Source: Octopus bimaculoides (taxonomy: Eukaryota). From it: a stretch of DNA of 64,000 nucleotides. Made by a program: the position numbers and the translations under genes. Shown piece after piece: positions 51,533-64,000 of the stretch; position 1 is the stretch's first letter; the number at the start of each line of letters is the position of its first letter. The stretch spans positions 5,142,493 to 5,206,492 of the forward strand of contig NC_069000.1 in the NCBI RefSeq assembly GCF_001194135.2, in the 5' to 3' direction. A model generated the notes under the pieces. That model did no database searches. It was not told where the DNA came from and saw only the letters and a list, made by a program, of their open reading frames with translations.

Positions 51533-52087
51533 AGTGAGTTTACTACATGTAGTCAGGTTTTCTCTAAAATTTATTAATGCTCACAAAATTCGAAAGGATC
51601 TTGAGTTAATTTCTTCACCTAATTATACTTTTCATTCATTTCTTTCTTCTTATCTTTCCTCTTTCATATCTGATTACAGTAACATCGGCTTCGTTTTTAT
51701 TTTTCCGTTGTTTTTGGTTCAATATATATTAAGGTGCGGTGAGTGTATTATCATAATGCAGAGGATGCCTCGTTTGTATTATCGAGGAAAATGATGGATG
51801 GCAAAACTGAGCTCAGCGCCTGGTTTTACAGGTATATTAAAATCGATAACAGCGGTGGTGGTACATGTTTTATTTTATAAAGAAGAAACAGATAGTGGTG
51901 GCAATGGTGGAGGAGTACGATCAGAGATCATGTGTGTGTGTGTGTGTTTGTGTATATGTGAATGTGTTCTTGACTTTGTCTGCATGTAGGTATGTGTGTA
52001 GGTTGGGTCGTAAGGTAAGGACAAGCGCGAAGTAACAGGGTTGGCAGAATTTGTGTGTGTATGTCTGTGTGTCTTTATATATATATG

Positions 52088-52120
<33 letters not shown>

Positions 52121-52243
52121 ATAAATATATAGAGAGGGAGAGAGGTGGGAGAGGGAGATAAAGGAGTAGTTAAATAGATAAAGGATGTATATGCGTTTGC
52201 AAATATATGTATTTAGATATGTATATATGTGTGCATATATACG

Positions 52244-52291
<48 letters not shown>

Positions 52292-52400
52292 CACATATAC
52301 ATATATATATATATATACCTATTTATCAACCTACTAATCTATTTATCTCCATGTATACACAAGCACACATGCGCATACACTCACACACACAGCCACACGC

Positions 52401-52442
<42 letters not shown>

Positions 52443-52878
52443 ACACAAACGCATCAATATGAGTTTACGAAAGTATTATTAGCCTGACGTCATTGTATTT
52501 TCACTTCCGCCATGTTAATCTGTAGAACATAAAGAACCTCTATAGTTTGATGTAGTGTACATTGTAGCTGACGTTACATTCCATATTGCATAACACACAT
52601 TCGGAACTTTGGATAGCTTCTACTGAAAATCTATAAATCCCGTGATATTTGTTTAAAACATACTCACATAGAGATAATAATGGTAAAATGATTGGTGCCA
52701 TGACAAATAGAATATATATTGCACCAGCAGCACCAGCAGTTGCAGTTGTTTCGAAATGAAACAAAAATACAAAGAACTACAAATATCCCAACAAAACATG
52801 AAGACATGAACCCGAATAAGCAAATAGAAACATATTTCTTATATGCATGCATACTTAAGTGAAACAGAATGTATGTAT

Positions 52879-52946
<68 letters not shown>

Positions 52947-53038
52947 NNNNNNNNNNTATATATATATATATGCAATGTGTGTGTGTTTATGTATGCATGA
53001 ATGTATGTATAAACGTATCTTTGTGTATATATTTCTGC

Positions 53039-53079
<41 letters not shown>

Positions 53080-53183
53080 AATATATTTCAAAACATATAG
53101 GGGCATGTATATTAACACACTGATAATATATATACATGTCTTGTAATACTTTTCGGATTATTTCTCTCCCCTCTCTCTCTCTT

Positions 53184-53238
<55 letters not shown>

Positions 53239-53357
53239 GTCTGCCTGTCTGTCTGTCTGTCTCTCTCTCTCTCACCTCACATACGTACTCAAATACATCC
53301 TTATGTCTACGTGTTTATGTGTGTGTAGATATGTATGTCTATTTAGATACACGCACG

Positions 53358-53413
<56 letters not shown>

Positions 53414-53894
53414 NNNNNNNNNNNNNNNNNNNNNNNNNNNNNNNNNNNNNNNNNNNNNNNNNNNNNNNNNNNNNNNNNNNNNNNNNNNNNNNNNNNNNNN
53501 NNNNNNNNNNNNNNNNNNNNNNNNNNNNNNNNNNNNNNNNNNNNNNNNNNNNNNNNNNNNNNNNNNNNNNNNNNNNNNNNNNNNNNNNNNNNNNNNNNNN
53601 NNNNNNNNNNNNNNNNNNNNNNNNNNNNNNNNNNNNNNNNNNNNNNNNNNNNNNNNNNNNNNNNNNNNNNNNNNNNNNNNNNNNNNNNNNNNNNNNNNNN
53701 NNNNNNNNNNNNNNNNNNNNNNNNNNNNNNNNNNNNNNNNNNNNNNNNNNNNNNNNNNNNNNNNNNNNNNNNNNNNNNNNNNNNNNNNNNNNNNNNNNNN
53801 NNNNNNNNNNNNNNNNNNNNNNNNNNNNNNNNNNNNNNNNNNNNNNNNNNNNNNNNNNNNNNNNNNNNNNNNNNNNNNNNNNNNNNNNNNNNNT

Positions 53895-54092
53895 AGGGCG
53901 AGAGAGAGAGAGAGAGTGTGAGAGGTAGAGCGAGAGAGAGAGAGATAAAGAGAGAAAGAGAAAGGGAGAGGTAGAGCGAGAGAGAGAGAGATTTAGAGCG
54001 AGAGAGAGAGAGAGATTTAGAGCGAGAGAGAGAGAGATAAAGAGAGAAAGAGAAAGGGAGAGGTAGAGCGAGAGAGAGAGAGAGGTAGAGCT

Positions 54093-54126
<34 letters not shown>

Positions 54127-54168
54127 AGGGAGAGGTAGAGCGAGAGAGAGATAGAGAGAGGTAGAGCT

Positions 54169-54251
<83 letters not shown>

Positions 54252-54255
54252 GATA
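53895..54255. repeat. Higher-order GA-rich minisatellite
   Basis: Recurrent blocks GAGAGGTAGAGC(GA)n and AAAGAGAGAAAGAGAAAGG. Confidence 0.9.
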
Positions 54256-55136
54256 CATATTCATGATGAATATATCAATATCTCTAAGATCTGTATATAT
54301 TAGTTTTGCGTATGTCCCTGCATATGCCAAAGCTTCTGTGTGCGTCTACACCCTTAACTCAATGTTTGTTAGTGTACATATACATATATGTCTGTGTGTG
54401 TGCACGTGTGTGTGTATGTTTGGATGTTGGCGTGTGTTCGCCTGCGTGTAGAAAGAGATTGTCTTGTATAGAGACGATACTGTTTCACCATCAGGAATGT
54501 AGAATTGTGACTCACATATGTTTCTTTTTCGTTTCTTCTTCCATTTCTCTCTCTCTTACTCTTCCCCTCTCTCCCTCTATCACACACCCACTTTCTGTCT
54601 CCCTCTCTTCGCAAGTTCGATCTCAGCGACTTTACCGAAATGTATGATCGAGTTTACTTGATGTGTTTTCTGACTGTGTTTTCAATAAATGATGGCCAGC
54701 CCTGTCTAAAGACATCTGAGGAGACATAATGGGGCAAAAACTTTTCCATACTCAACACAATTGGTTTCCATCTTCTCAAACATGTCTAGCATTTTTGTTA
54801 AAGAAGGAAGAATTATATAACACGGCCCTTTTTTAGTGTATCTCGGGACAGTCATTCTGCTAATAAGAAGCACACACGCTGATTGTATTTCAGTCGTGTG
54901 AAATTTGCCTCACGACTTTAGGGAACTAATTCTGATCTATAAATGTTGAGGTTGCTGTGAATAAACGATACAATCGGACACATTAGATTGATTTGCTCGT
55001 GGGTCTATAATGCTGTTAAGACGCCCGTGATCGTTATCTCTGTTTCACCACACATGTTCGCATAAGGAATCTTGCAAACCAATTACACGTATGATAGAAC
55101 CCTTGCTAGGGTACAAAAATGCATTCCATTAATATA

Positions 55137-55293
55137 GGAGCAAGCGTGGTTATGTGGTTAGCAGTTTGCGACCCAAAATGCAAATTCCACCAAGGCCAAC
55201 TTTGCTTTTCATCCTTTCGAGTTGCGTACTGCGGTCGATCTCATCGACTAACCCCTCCCCAAAAATGTCGGGCTTTGTTCCGAGAGTAGAATA
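55137..55293 (+). mobile_element. Chimeric SINE: A-like head plus type B centre and tail
   Basis: GGAGCAAGCGTGGTTATGTGGTTAG then CAAATTCCACCAAGGCCAACTTTGC.TTTCATCCTTTCG..GAGAGTAGAA. Confidence 0.7.
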
Positions 55294-55766
55294 ATATATA
55301 GTATTTAAATTTTCTTCGTATGTGAATTATTTTGGAAATTATGATGAAGTTTTCGAAAAGTCCCAAATGGGGATCGCCCGAAAACAGAATATTTATCTTT
55401 TTCTATTCAATTTCAATAATAAACAATTTAGCTTTTTGGAAACTATTTTATCGAATGCCTGTGTCTATGAAATACCTTTGAATGATTAAGATCGGAAATG
55501 TAAAAAACAAAAAAATATATATATATATAATAAAACGTTTTCAAAACAGTCAATATGTTTTAGTTCAAAAATTGCGATTTATGACTGAAAATGTCCTCTA
55601 GAATTATGCAGAGCTAATAAAGAAAAACTTCAACTTTTAAATATTGTTAAACACATCTCTGCAAATGCAACGTACACAAGCAATTCACTTTAAATAGAAC
55701 GAACAACGGGCAAATGGGGCTCTTGGCAGACAGTGGGTTAACTAACAGTATGATCATCCTTCCTAC

Positions 55767-55954
55767 TTGGGGAGGGCAAGGGTCGATTACATCGACCTAA
55801 GTGTTTCACTGGTAATTATTTTAACGACCTTGAAAGAATTAAATGGAGAGTCGACCTCCATGGAATTTGAACTCAGAACATGAAGATGGGTGAAATACCG
55901 GTAAGCATTTCACCCGGCCTGCTAACGATTCCGCTTCTGCCAGCCCGCAGCCTT
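55767..55954 (-). mobile_element. SINE type B
   Basis: GTCGATTACATCGACC..CTGGTA..GTCGACCTC..GGAATTTGAACTCAGAAC..GCTAACGATT..CTGCCAGC. Confidence 0.85.
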
Positions 55955-56422
55955 CGACTCCAATATATTACTGGTGTTTTCTTGAATGTATAAAACTAAC
56001 TACACCCAGCGATGGATATTAAACGCAGAATACAGAATTAAAAGTATGTAATTATACACCGTAAGGCATTTTAATCCAACAGCTTACGACTTCTACCATT
56101 TCAACCGCTCTCTATGAGAATCATAATTAGATTTCTTCGATTGGATTCGTAGACATCTTCATATTTACATTTATAATTTCGTTTCAACGAAATGAACTTA
56201 AAGCTTGTCTATCTAGGATTTCATCACTTTGGCGGCGATTATTTAAAATGTTTCATATTTGATATATTTAATTATATTACTCTATCAGCACAACGCTGAC
56301 AAAGATGGCAGCTTCGATGGATATTAATATGATTGAGTGCGGATCGAGGAGAGGGAATGTCATGCAAAAGTAGAGCAAAATTTGCACTTATAAATTGACA
56401 AATGGATCAGCAAAAACAGTCA

Positions 56423-56481
<59 letters not shown>

Positions 56482-57231
56482 AGGCCTGTCTGTTTGTCTG
56501 TCTGTCTGCCAGTCTGTCTGTCTGTNNNNNNNNNNNNNNNNNNNNNNNNNNNNNNNNNNNNNNNNNNNNNNNNNNNNNNNNNNNNNNNNNNNNNNNNNNN
56601 NNNNNNNNNNNNNNNNNNNNNNNNNNNNNNNNNNNNNNNNNNNNNNNNNNNNNNNNNNNNNNNNNNNNNNNNNNNNNNNNNNNNNNNNNNNNNNNNNNNN
56701 NNNNNNNNNNNNNNNNNNNNNNNNNNNNNNNNNNNNNNNNNNNNNNNNNNNNNNNNNNNNNNNNNNNNNNNNNNNNNNNNNNNNNNNNNNNNNNNNNNNN
56801 NNNNNNNNNNNNNNNNNNNNNNNNNNNNNNNNNNNNNNNNNNNNNNNNNNNNNNNNNNNNNNNNNNNNNNNNNNNNNNNNNNNNNNNNNNNNNNNNNNNN
56901 NNNNNNNNNNNNNNNNNNNNNNNNNNNNNNNNNNNNNNNNNNNNNNNNNNNNNNNNNNNNNNNNNNNNNNNNNNNNNNNNNNNNNNNNNNNNNNNNNNNN
57001 NNNNNNNNNNNNNNNNNNNNNNNNNNNNNNNNNNNNNNNNNNNNNNNNNNNNNNNNNNNNNNNNNNNNNNNNNNNNNNNNNNNNNNNNNNNNNNNNNNNN
57101 NNNNNNNNNNNNNNNNNNNNNNNNNNNNNNNNNNNNNNNNNNNNNNNNNNNNNNNNNNNNNNNNNNNNNNNNNNNNNNNNNNNNNNNNNNNNNNNNNNNN
57201 NNNNNNNNNNNNNNNNNNNNNNNNNNNNNNN

Positions 57232-57266
<35 letters not shown>

Positions 57267-58074
57267 CCGTAATATTATCTTTAGACAATAAAGTTCTAAA
57301 TGCAGCTCTAAATATATAATGGTCACAACTGGAAACAACTAGATATAGCTTATCTTCAATAAGCAGGAGACGGTCTTAAAGATGGGAAGCCATATTAAAC
57401 GATATCATTCCAAATTCATTATATATAAAGAAATACAGATGACATGGTTATGGTAAGAAAATATATAATCATAGGACTGATAAGGGAATAAAGAAAAATA
57501 GAAATAAGCTGACCTTGGGCTAAACAGTGATATCTGAATCACTTGTATAGCTAGTGGCAACAGTAAATATTAAACATGTTTGACTAGTTTTTCCTCTTAT
57601 ATTCTTTAAAAATTATTTATTTTATTTTCTTCATTTGAAATGTCTAACTTTTTGAAAGAGAAATATATGTTCTTGAAGATTTAAATTGAAAACAGTATAT
57701 GAATATAATTTTCATGAAAGACTGAAATATATATTTATATTATTATGTGTTCATTTATTATTTAAATTAATTTTTTTTTTTCAAATTTGGATTAAACATA
57801 CATTTCTTTGAAGTTTTAATTAAATTTCAGTTGGTGCTTTCGAATGTTAATTTAGGTAAATTTTATATTTGATTTTATTTTATTGGATTGTATTCTGCAA
57901 TTCTACGACAGCAGCACAAATTTTGGTACATGAAAACATGTTAATATGAAATTTGAAAAATCATAGGAACTATAAAAAAAAATGTTTAAAAAATAGGTAG
58001 AATGAAAGCATGAAAATTACAGACTTGGAATGCGAAATGAATTATCGTCATCGCATGAATATGTCTTTTATACG

Positions 58075-58195
58075 AGGAAGAAAGAAAGAGGGAGAAGGAA
58101 AACGATAGAACGATAAAGAAAGAGAGAGGGGAAGAAAGAGAGAGGGGAAGAAAGAGAGAGGGGAAGAAAGAGAGGGAAATGGGGGGCATAGAGAC
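58075..58195. repeat. Purine-rich tract with a 15-bp unit GAAAGAGAGAGGGGA, about 4 copies
   Basis: Directly visible. Confidence 0.85.
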
Positions 58196-59293
58196 AGAAG
58201 GAGTTGGTGCGAATGAGAAGGCAAGAGAGCTTTTATATGATCACTCGTAGCTAGAAACAGCAGCAAAATCTCGATCAGGTCGCAGCAGCGATTCTTAAAA
58301 CGATTCATATTAGCTGTTTTTGTTATGCGTCTGCTGTGTCTAGAAAGAAGACGAAATAATGGCAGCTATGTGATCATAGTTCTGGTCCATTTGAGCTAAA
58401 GAAGAAGAAAGCCCCTAACATTAACAGCAGCAGCAGTAGCAGCAGCAACATCAAAACTACCAACATCAACAATAAAAACGATAGCGATAAATGAATCGCT
58501 GCAAAGAAGGGTGAGTCGCTGCGTGCTCAATTTATCTTCGAATAATCGTATAGAAATTAATATCTGCTCAGTCACAACTACGCACTTAAAACGTTGTGAT
58601 ATACATTCGATAATGTAAAACTCAATATCCGTAAAAGGTATGGTATAGATGAAATATCTTTGATTTTCTGTAAGGATATCTGCTATGTCATTTTCCATGC
58701 ATGTCTAGATAACTTCATGGGAATCGAAATCTTCATCCAGCAATAGATTTTTAAAAATTTATTGATCGTGCTGGAATTATAACCAACGGAACGCTAGCGT
58801 CGTTTGAACTCAGAACGTAAAGCGTCACACAACGTTACATATGTGCGACCTAAATCGATCACTAGGTATCTTGAGCTGTATGTGAAGGAAGGGGGAGATT
58901 ATTATTCAAGAAATCTACCATGCTAATAAATATAAGTTTCCCTTCTCGGGATACCGATGCTTGTCCAAAGAAATAGCCTCTGACTGTGTCGAGACATCTT
59001 GGAAGCAGTGCCGCCACAAGGCCTGCTGTCGGGATATAAGCTACTGCAACATATACCCTCCATAAATCCAAAATTTTATTTTGGAATTTATGAGAACAAC
59101 TGTGTTTGAAGACGCATGTTGTCGTTGAATGCTCGAAATGAGGAGCACACAGACAGCCGACAACTGGTGAAGGGTCGTTCTATGTGGTTATTTGTCATAT
59201 TTTCATTCTTCTCTCTCGTTGGTTGCGTATTTAACTCGTTTCTTTTCGTACTTCATGTTATCTACGCAGTTGGTGTCGTCCTGTAGTCATATA

Positions 59294-59366
<73 letters not shown>

Positions 59367-62129
59367 TTTGCGTTGCCGAATATGACATTTCATTTTTAAA
59401 GGAGGATTCTGTAAAAGAAAGGAACATTTGATGTCGTCGTATAAATAAGAAAGATGGGATGGTCACGGCTAGAATGTCTTTCATCTTACGTCTGGCCAAC
59501 GACAGCAACAGTGACCTGGCATTTTAGAAGCGGCTCAAATTTGGGCGAGATTACATGAAATCCACTGTTATCTTAGAGGCTTAACGTCAGATATTTTATC
59601 GGTCGATACGGATACGTGATTAGAATACGTTAGTTTTACATATAGATACATACCCATTTATCAGCCTGTTGCAGACTACGTGTAGATCAATGAATATTAT
59701 ATGTTCCATTAAAAGACGAAGACGGTGGTTAGTAGTAACGTCGAATTATCGGTGGCATGCTTTCTATTTCTTGAAGTTGTGAGTTTGAATCTAGCAGGAC
59801 ATATCTTTGTCTCATCGTTTCGGGGTCCATAATGTTGAGTTTCATTTCAGAGCGGTACATTGGCCTAATTCTTATTCATCCATCCATCTCCTCCTCCCAC
59901 TATCCTTGAGAGATCGTATTGGAGTATCGTTCTCAACCACCTCTGCCATAGAATGTTATCAGAAGCAGCTTTCATGAGGCATTGTAGCTGGATTTGTAAG
60001 CACGATCAACTGGACTATGGATATTATCCTTTTCCTAAAAGAGTGGTATGTGATTTGAATGATATTTGGAAGCTACTTTGTGCATCACAAACATTCATTA
60101 ATTGGCTCCCCCCATTAGCCATGGGATGATTTAAAACAGAGCAGTGTATTAGGAATATTATAAATAGAGCCAAAACTAATAAATTTTCCGAAATTGCCAT
60201 GCAATATTACAGAAGTAATTGTTCCTCGTTAATGCTATGTCGCTATGCCATGTCGCTGTCATAGAAATTAACGTTATATAAATATTTGGAAGTTTTAATT
60301 AAGTTATACACAGTAAAACATACGGCTTTATTAGAAAGTTTACTTGACATTGCTAACAATCGCCTTAAGGAATGATGTTGTTATTGCACTTCCCGAGGCG
60401 AGCTGGCAGAATCCGTTTCGGCCAAACGTTCGTTTAACAGTTCAAATTTTATTGTAGGGGTGTCCTACTAATTTAACTACACTCAGCAAAATCGAAGGCG
60501 CCCATTTTGATAACAACGATACAATTGATGTTTCTCCATCAATGTAGAGTTTTGATTCTCCACAAATCCTTATTATCTCTAACACATTTTTGTTAATGAA
60601 CAATATAGCCGTTCAAATTTTCGATAAGTAATGTTCGGATATTTTAACGGCAGTATTCGTATGAATCGAAACGGAAAACAAAAACAAGAAAGAAAAGTGA
60701 TAGAGAAAGAGAAAGAAAAAAGGAAAGTAAGAGAAGAAAAGCCAGGAATGGAAAGCAACTTTATTTGGTGATAAACTACTGGGTTAAAAGATTTTGTAAG
60801 CGAGTTCATGTGTGGATTTCATCGCAAAGCACACAAAGAACATCATCCGTATACACAGGTATACATACGTATATACGTATATACACGTACTTATATACGT
60901 ATATACGCATATACATGCAAGAAAAAGGCAACAATATAGATACACATGGATGTATTCATATACGTAATCCAATAAATAGGGATTTGTATTCAAATATATG
61001 ATATATACATAGCCATCCATACATACATACATACCTGCGCACATGTATATGTGCATATGTGTGTATATGTATGTGTGTGTATACCTACATACATAAATAT
61101 ATAAGCGTATATATGAATAGATAGATGAATATATATATGATGTTAAATTATATTGTATTATATCATATATATATANNNNNNNNNNNNNNNNNNNNNNNNN
61201 NNNNNNNNNNNNNNNNNNNNNNNNNNNNNNNNNNNNNNNNNNNNNNNNNNNNNNNNNNNNNNNNNNNNNNNNNNNNNNNNNNNNNNNNNNNNNNNNNNNN
61301 NNNNNNNNNNNNNNNNNNNNNNNNNNNNNNNNNNNNNNNNNNNNNNNNNNNNNNNNNNNNNNNNNNNNNNNNNNNNNNNNNNNNNNNNNNNNNNNNNNNN
61401 NNNNNNNNNNNNNNNNNNNNNNNNNNNNNNNNNNNNNNNNNNNNNNNNNNNNNNNNNNNNNNNNNNNNNNNNNNNNNNNNNNNNNNNNNNNNNNNNNNNN
61501 NNNNNNNNNNNNNNNNNNNNNNNNNNNNNNNNNNNNNNNNNNNNNNNNNNNNNNNNNNNNNNNNNNNNNNNNNNNNNNNNNNNNNNNNNNNNNNNNNTAT
61601 ATATATATAATGCTCATAGTGTTCGTAAGGCATTTGCCTGGATTTCAGATCCCTATTCCTATGTGAATATAATAAAGATTATGTATATACATATATATAC
61701 ATACATACATACATACATGCACACATAATATATACATACATGTACACACACACATATATATACATTTCTGATTCATGTGTATGAGTGTCGGATTGTGTTT
61801 GTACGTGGATGTACACTTGTACACTTGTACACTTACGTGTATTTGTACACATATTTCTGTATTAGTATGTCTACGATTGTTATTCTGTCAAGAAGTGAAA
61901 CTTCAGCTAGCGATTGCCCCTGCAGAGATAGCAAAGAACCGTTAAGAGAGACCCCGGGATGAAGAGGTTGCATTCATTTACTACAACGGCATGCAGCCAT
62001 TCTTTATATATCACATGCGATAAACGTGATACAACCCTATTGAAATATTGAAAGCCGTATTGCATGTAGATTACTGCCAGTGCTGGGTGGAAGCTGTAAT
62101 GTTATCTAGTGAAAGGGGAAGAGATAATA

Positions 62130-62186
62130 GTAGTAATGGTAGTAGTGGTAGTGCTAGTAGTAGTAGTAATAGCAAATGCATTAGTT

Positions 62187-62230
<44 letters not shown>

Positions 62231-62250
62231 TGTTGTTGTTGTTGTTGTAG
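62130..62250. repeat. (TAG)n-(TTG)n
   Basis: Directly visible. Confidence 0.95.
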
Positions 62251-62278
62251 TTGGAGAAGGAGAGGAGACATAGATAAC

Positions 62279-62319
<41 letters not shown>

Positions 62320-62325
62320 CTGTAT

Positions 62326-62356
<31 letters not shown>

Positions 62357-63149
62357 CATTCATACAGAAATGTGCATGCATACACTCACACGCACATACA
62401 CACACAAACACAAACGCACACATATATATATACAAACACATTTATATGTGTGTGTATCTATATACATATATAGTACATACATATATGTGTCTTTGTGTGT
62501 GTATATATATACATATACATGTGTGTTTGTGTGTGTATGTACGATAAAACACTGGCATACATATAGACCTATGAATATGTATGATTATATATACACACAC
62601 ACACACAAGCACATGTATATCGTGCCAATATTTTTGCGTATGTCTGTGTGTATGTGTCTATATATATCCACAAAAAAAAGAGAGAAAAGGTGAAGGCCGT
62701 TGTGATAATAGTTTCAAAGCATCCCCCCTTTCTACGCCTCTTTCCTGGTCATCCTTAATGTTTCGCAATGAAGGTGCGAAAAGAATAGGATTACAAAGCT
62801 TTTGATCGATAAACTCGTGGAAAACTGAAATCTAAGAGGTTAGCTTGTAGTTTCTCTTTATACATATCGGAGGAGATAGGCGAAGAGAAATCAAAACCTA
62901 GCAGCATTCACAATCATTGTACGGTCGAAATAGCAGGTAAATCTCTCATAAAAATCATTCGAAGATTCATTGGGTAATGTGTCCTGAGGATCAGGCTTCA
63001 GGGGGAAAAAAATATTAAAAAAAAACGAAATAAAAAATCCATGTTCATGATTGAAGCCTCTGCGTTTCATAAGTGTGAGGGAGGTTAGGGAACCTATGAC
63101 ACGGAGAAGGACATTATATGCACCTACCCATGCAATCATCATCTCTGTC

Positions 63150-63560
63150 AGCTTCATCAGATTCAACACCACAACCGTCGACATCATCATTATCATCATC
63201 ATCGTCATCATCATTGCCTTTGTATTGTCCATCGATATTATAATGATTATCGTCGACGTAATCAAAATCAGCGCCATCTTGGTAGTCTCCGCTGCTCCTC
63301 ATTCTCCTTTATATCATCATCATCATCATCGTCATCATCACATTTTCATCAAAATCTTTGTTGACTATACCGTCATCACCAACATCATTTTCGCCGTCAT
63401 CATCAGCGCAATCCTTCGCCTTTTCATCATGATCTCCGTGATCATCATCTCCATCTTCATCATCGTCGTCGTCGTCGTCATCATCCTCATCATCCTCCTC
63501 CTCCTCATCATCATCATCATTAACAGAAACAACAACAACAACAGCGCCAGCAGTAGCAAT
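63150..63560. repeat. Degenerate (CAT/CGT/CCT/AAC)n low-complexity tract
   Basis: Three-base periodicity with indels. Confidence 0.85.
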
Positions 63561-63950
63561 GCTGTTGAAGGTGGCGCCAATTTCTATTCTTTTTCGCCCC
63601 TTGTGTGAGTGTTGTGGTATAACATGGAAACGGTAGTCGATAGATTTGTGGGACAAAATATCACCTCCTTGCCATATTTAAAAATTTTGAATTACCTTTC
63701 TTCTTTCCTTACATCGATGTCATGCATTACCAGTCAGATACTGGTGTCGAAATAAACATCACTTCCTTCCCCCACCCTCTGTGTTCCATAATTATCTTGC
63801 TAAAATGAGGGAGGAAAAAAACACGTGCTCACATCCTGAGTATTGCTTACAGACAAAACATGTTGTAAAAACATGTCACGATACGTGTCTTCATAGGAAG
63901 AAACTATTAGTATGGTATGTTATATTTTTATACTTTTACATCAAATGATG

Positions 63951-64000
<50 letters not shown>

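Overview
AT-rich, microsatellite-saturated eukaryotic genomic DNA with 16 N-gaps, nearly all abutting (TA)n or similar repeats, as in a short-read draft assembly. The SINE families and repeat density resemble what I recall of Octopus genomes; this is an inference, not a database match. No intact gene, rRNA, tRNA or CRISPR array can be supported, and almost every ORF in the supplied track is a translated simple repeat or N-gap. What is well supported is a transposon fossil record: an R4/Dong-clade RT (15.5-16.1 kb), a Tc1 3' end with TIR (19.0-19.25 kb), a Tigger/pogo N-terminus abutting an inverted mariner 3' end (25.7-26.3 kb), a second mariner (32.0-32.3 kb), a Helitron Rep fragment (38.6-38.8 kb), RTE pieces (40.8-41.1 and 51.0-51.2 kb), CR1/Zenon-like pieces, and more than 25 copies or fragments of about five tRNA-derived SINE types (my labels A-E) that share modules. 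Several short minus-strand segments look like host exons. The best are a signal-peptide-like exon at 24204-24331 and a terminal-exon-like segment at 35601-35725 whose frame stays open for 103 codons past its TAG. None can be named or reliably joined into a gene. Unexplained non-coding structures include a perfect 18-bp inverted repeat, a Forkhead-motif minisatellite and a G4 island with a triplicated HSE-like motif. I found no evidence strong enough to claim a new biological system; the findings are leads. Repeat boundaries are approximate and all translations were done by hand.
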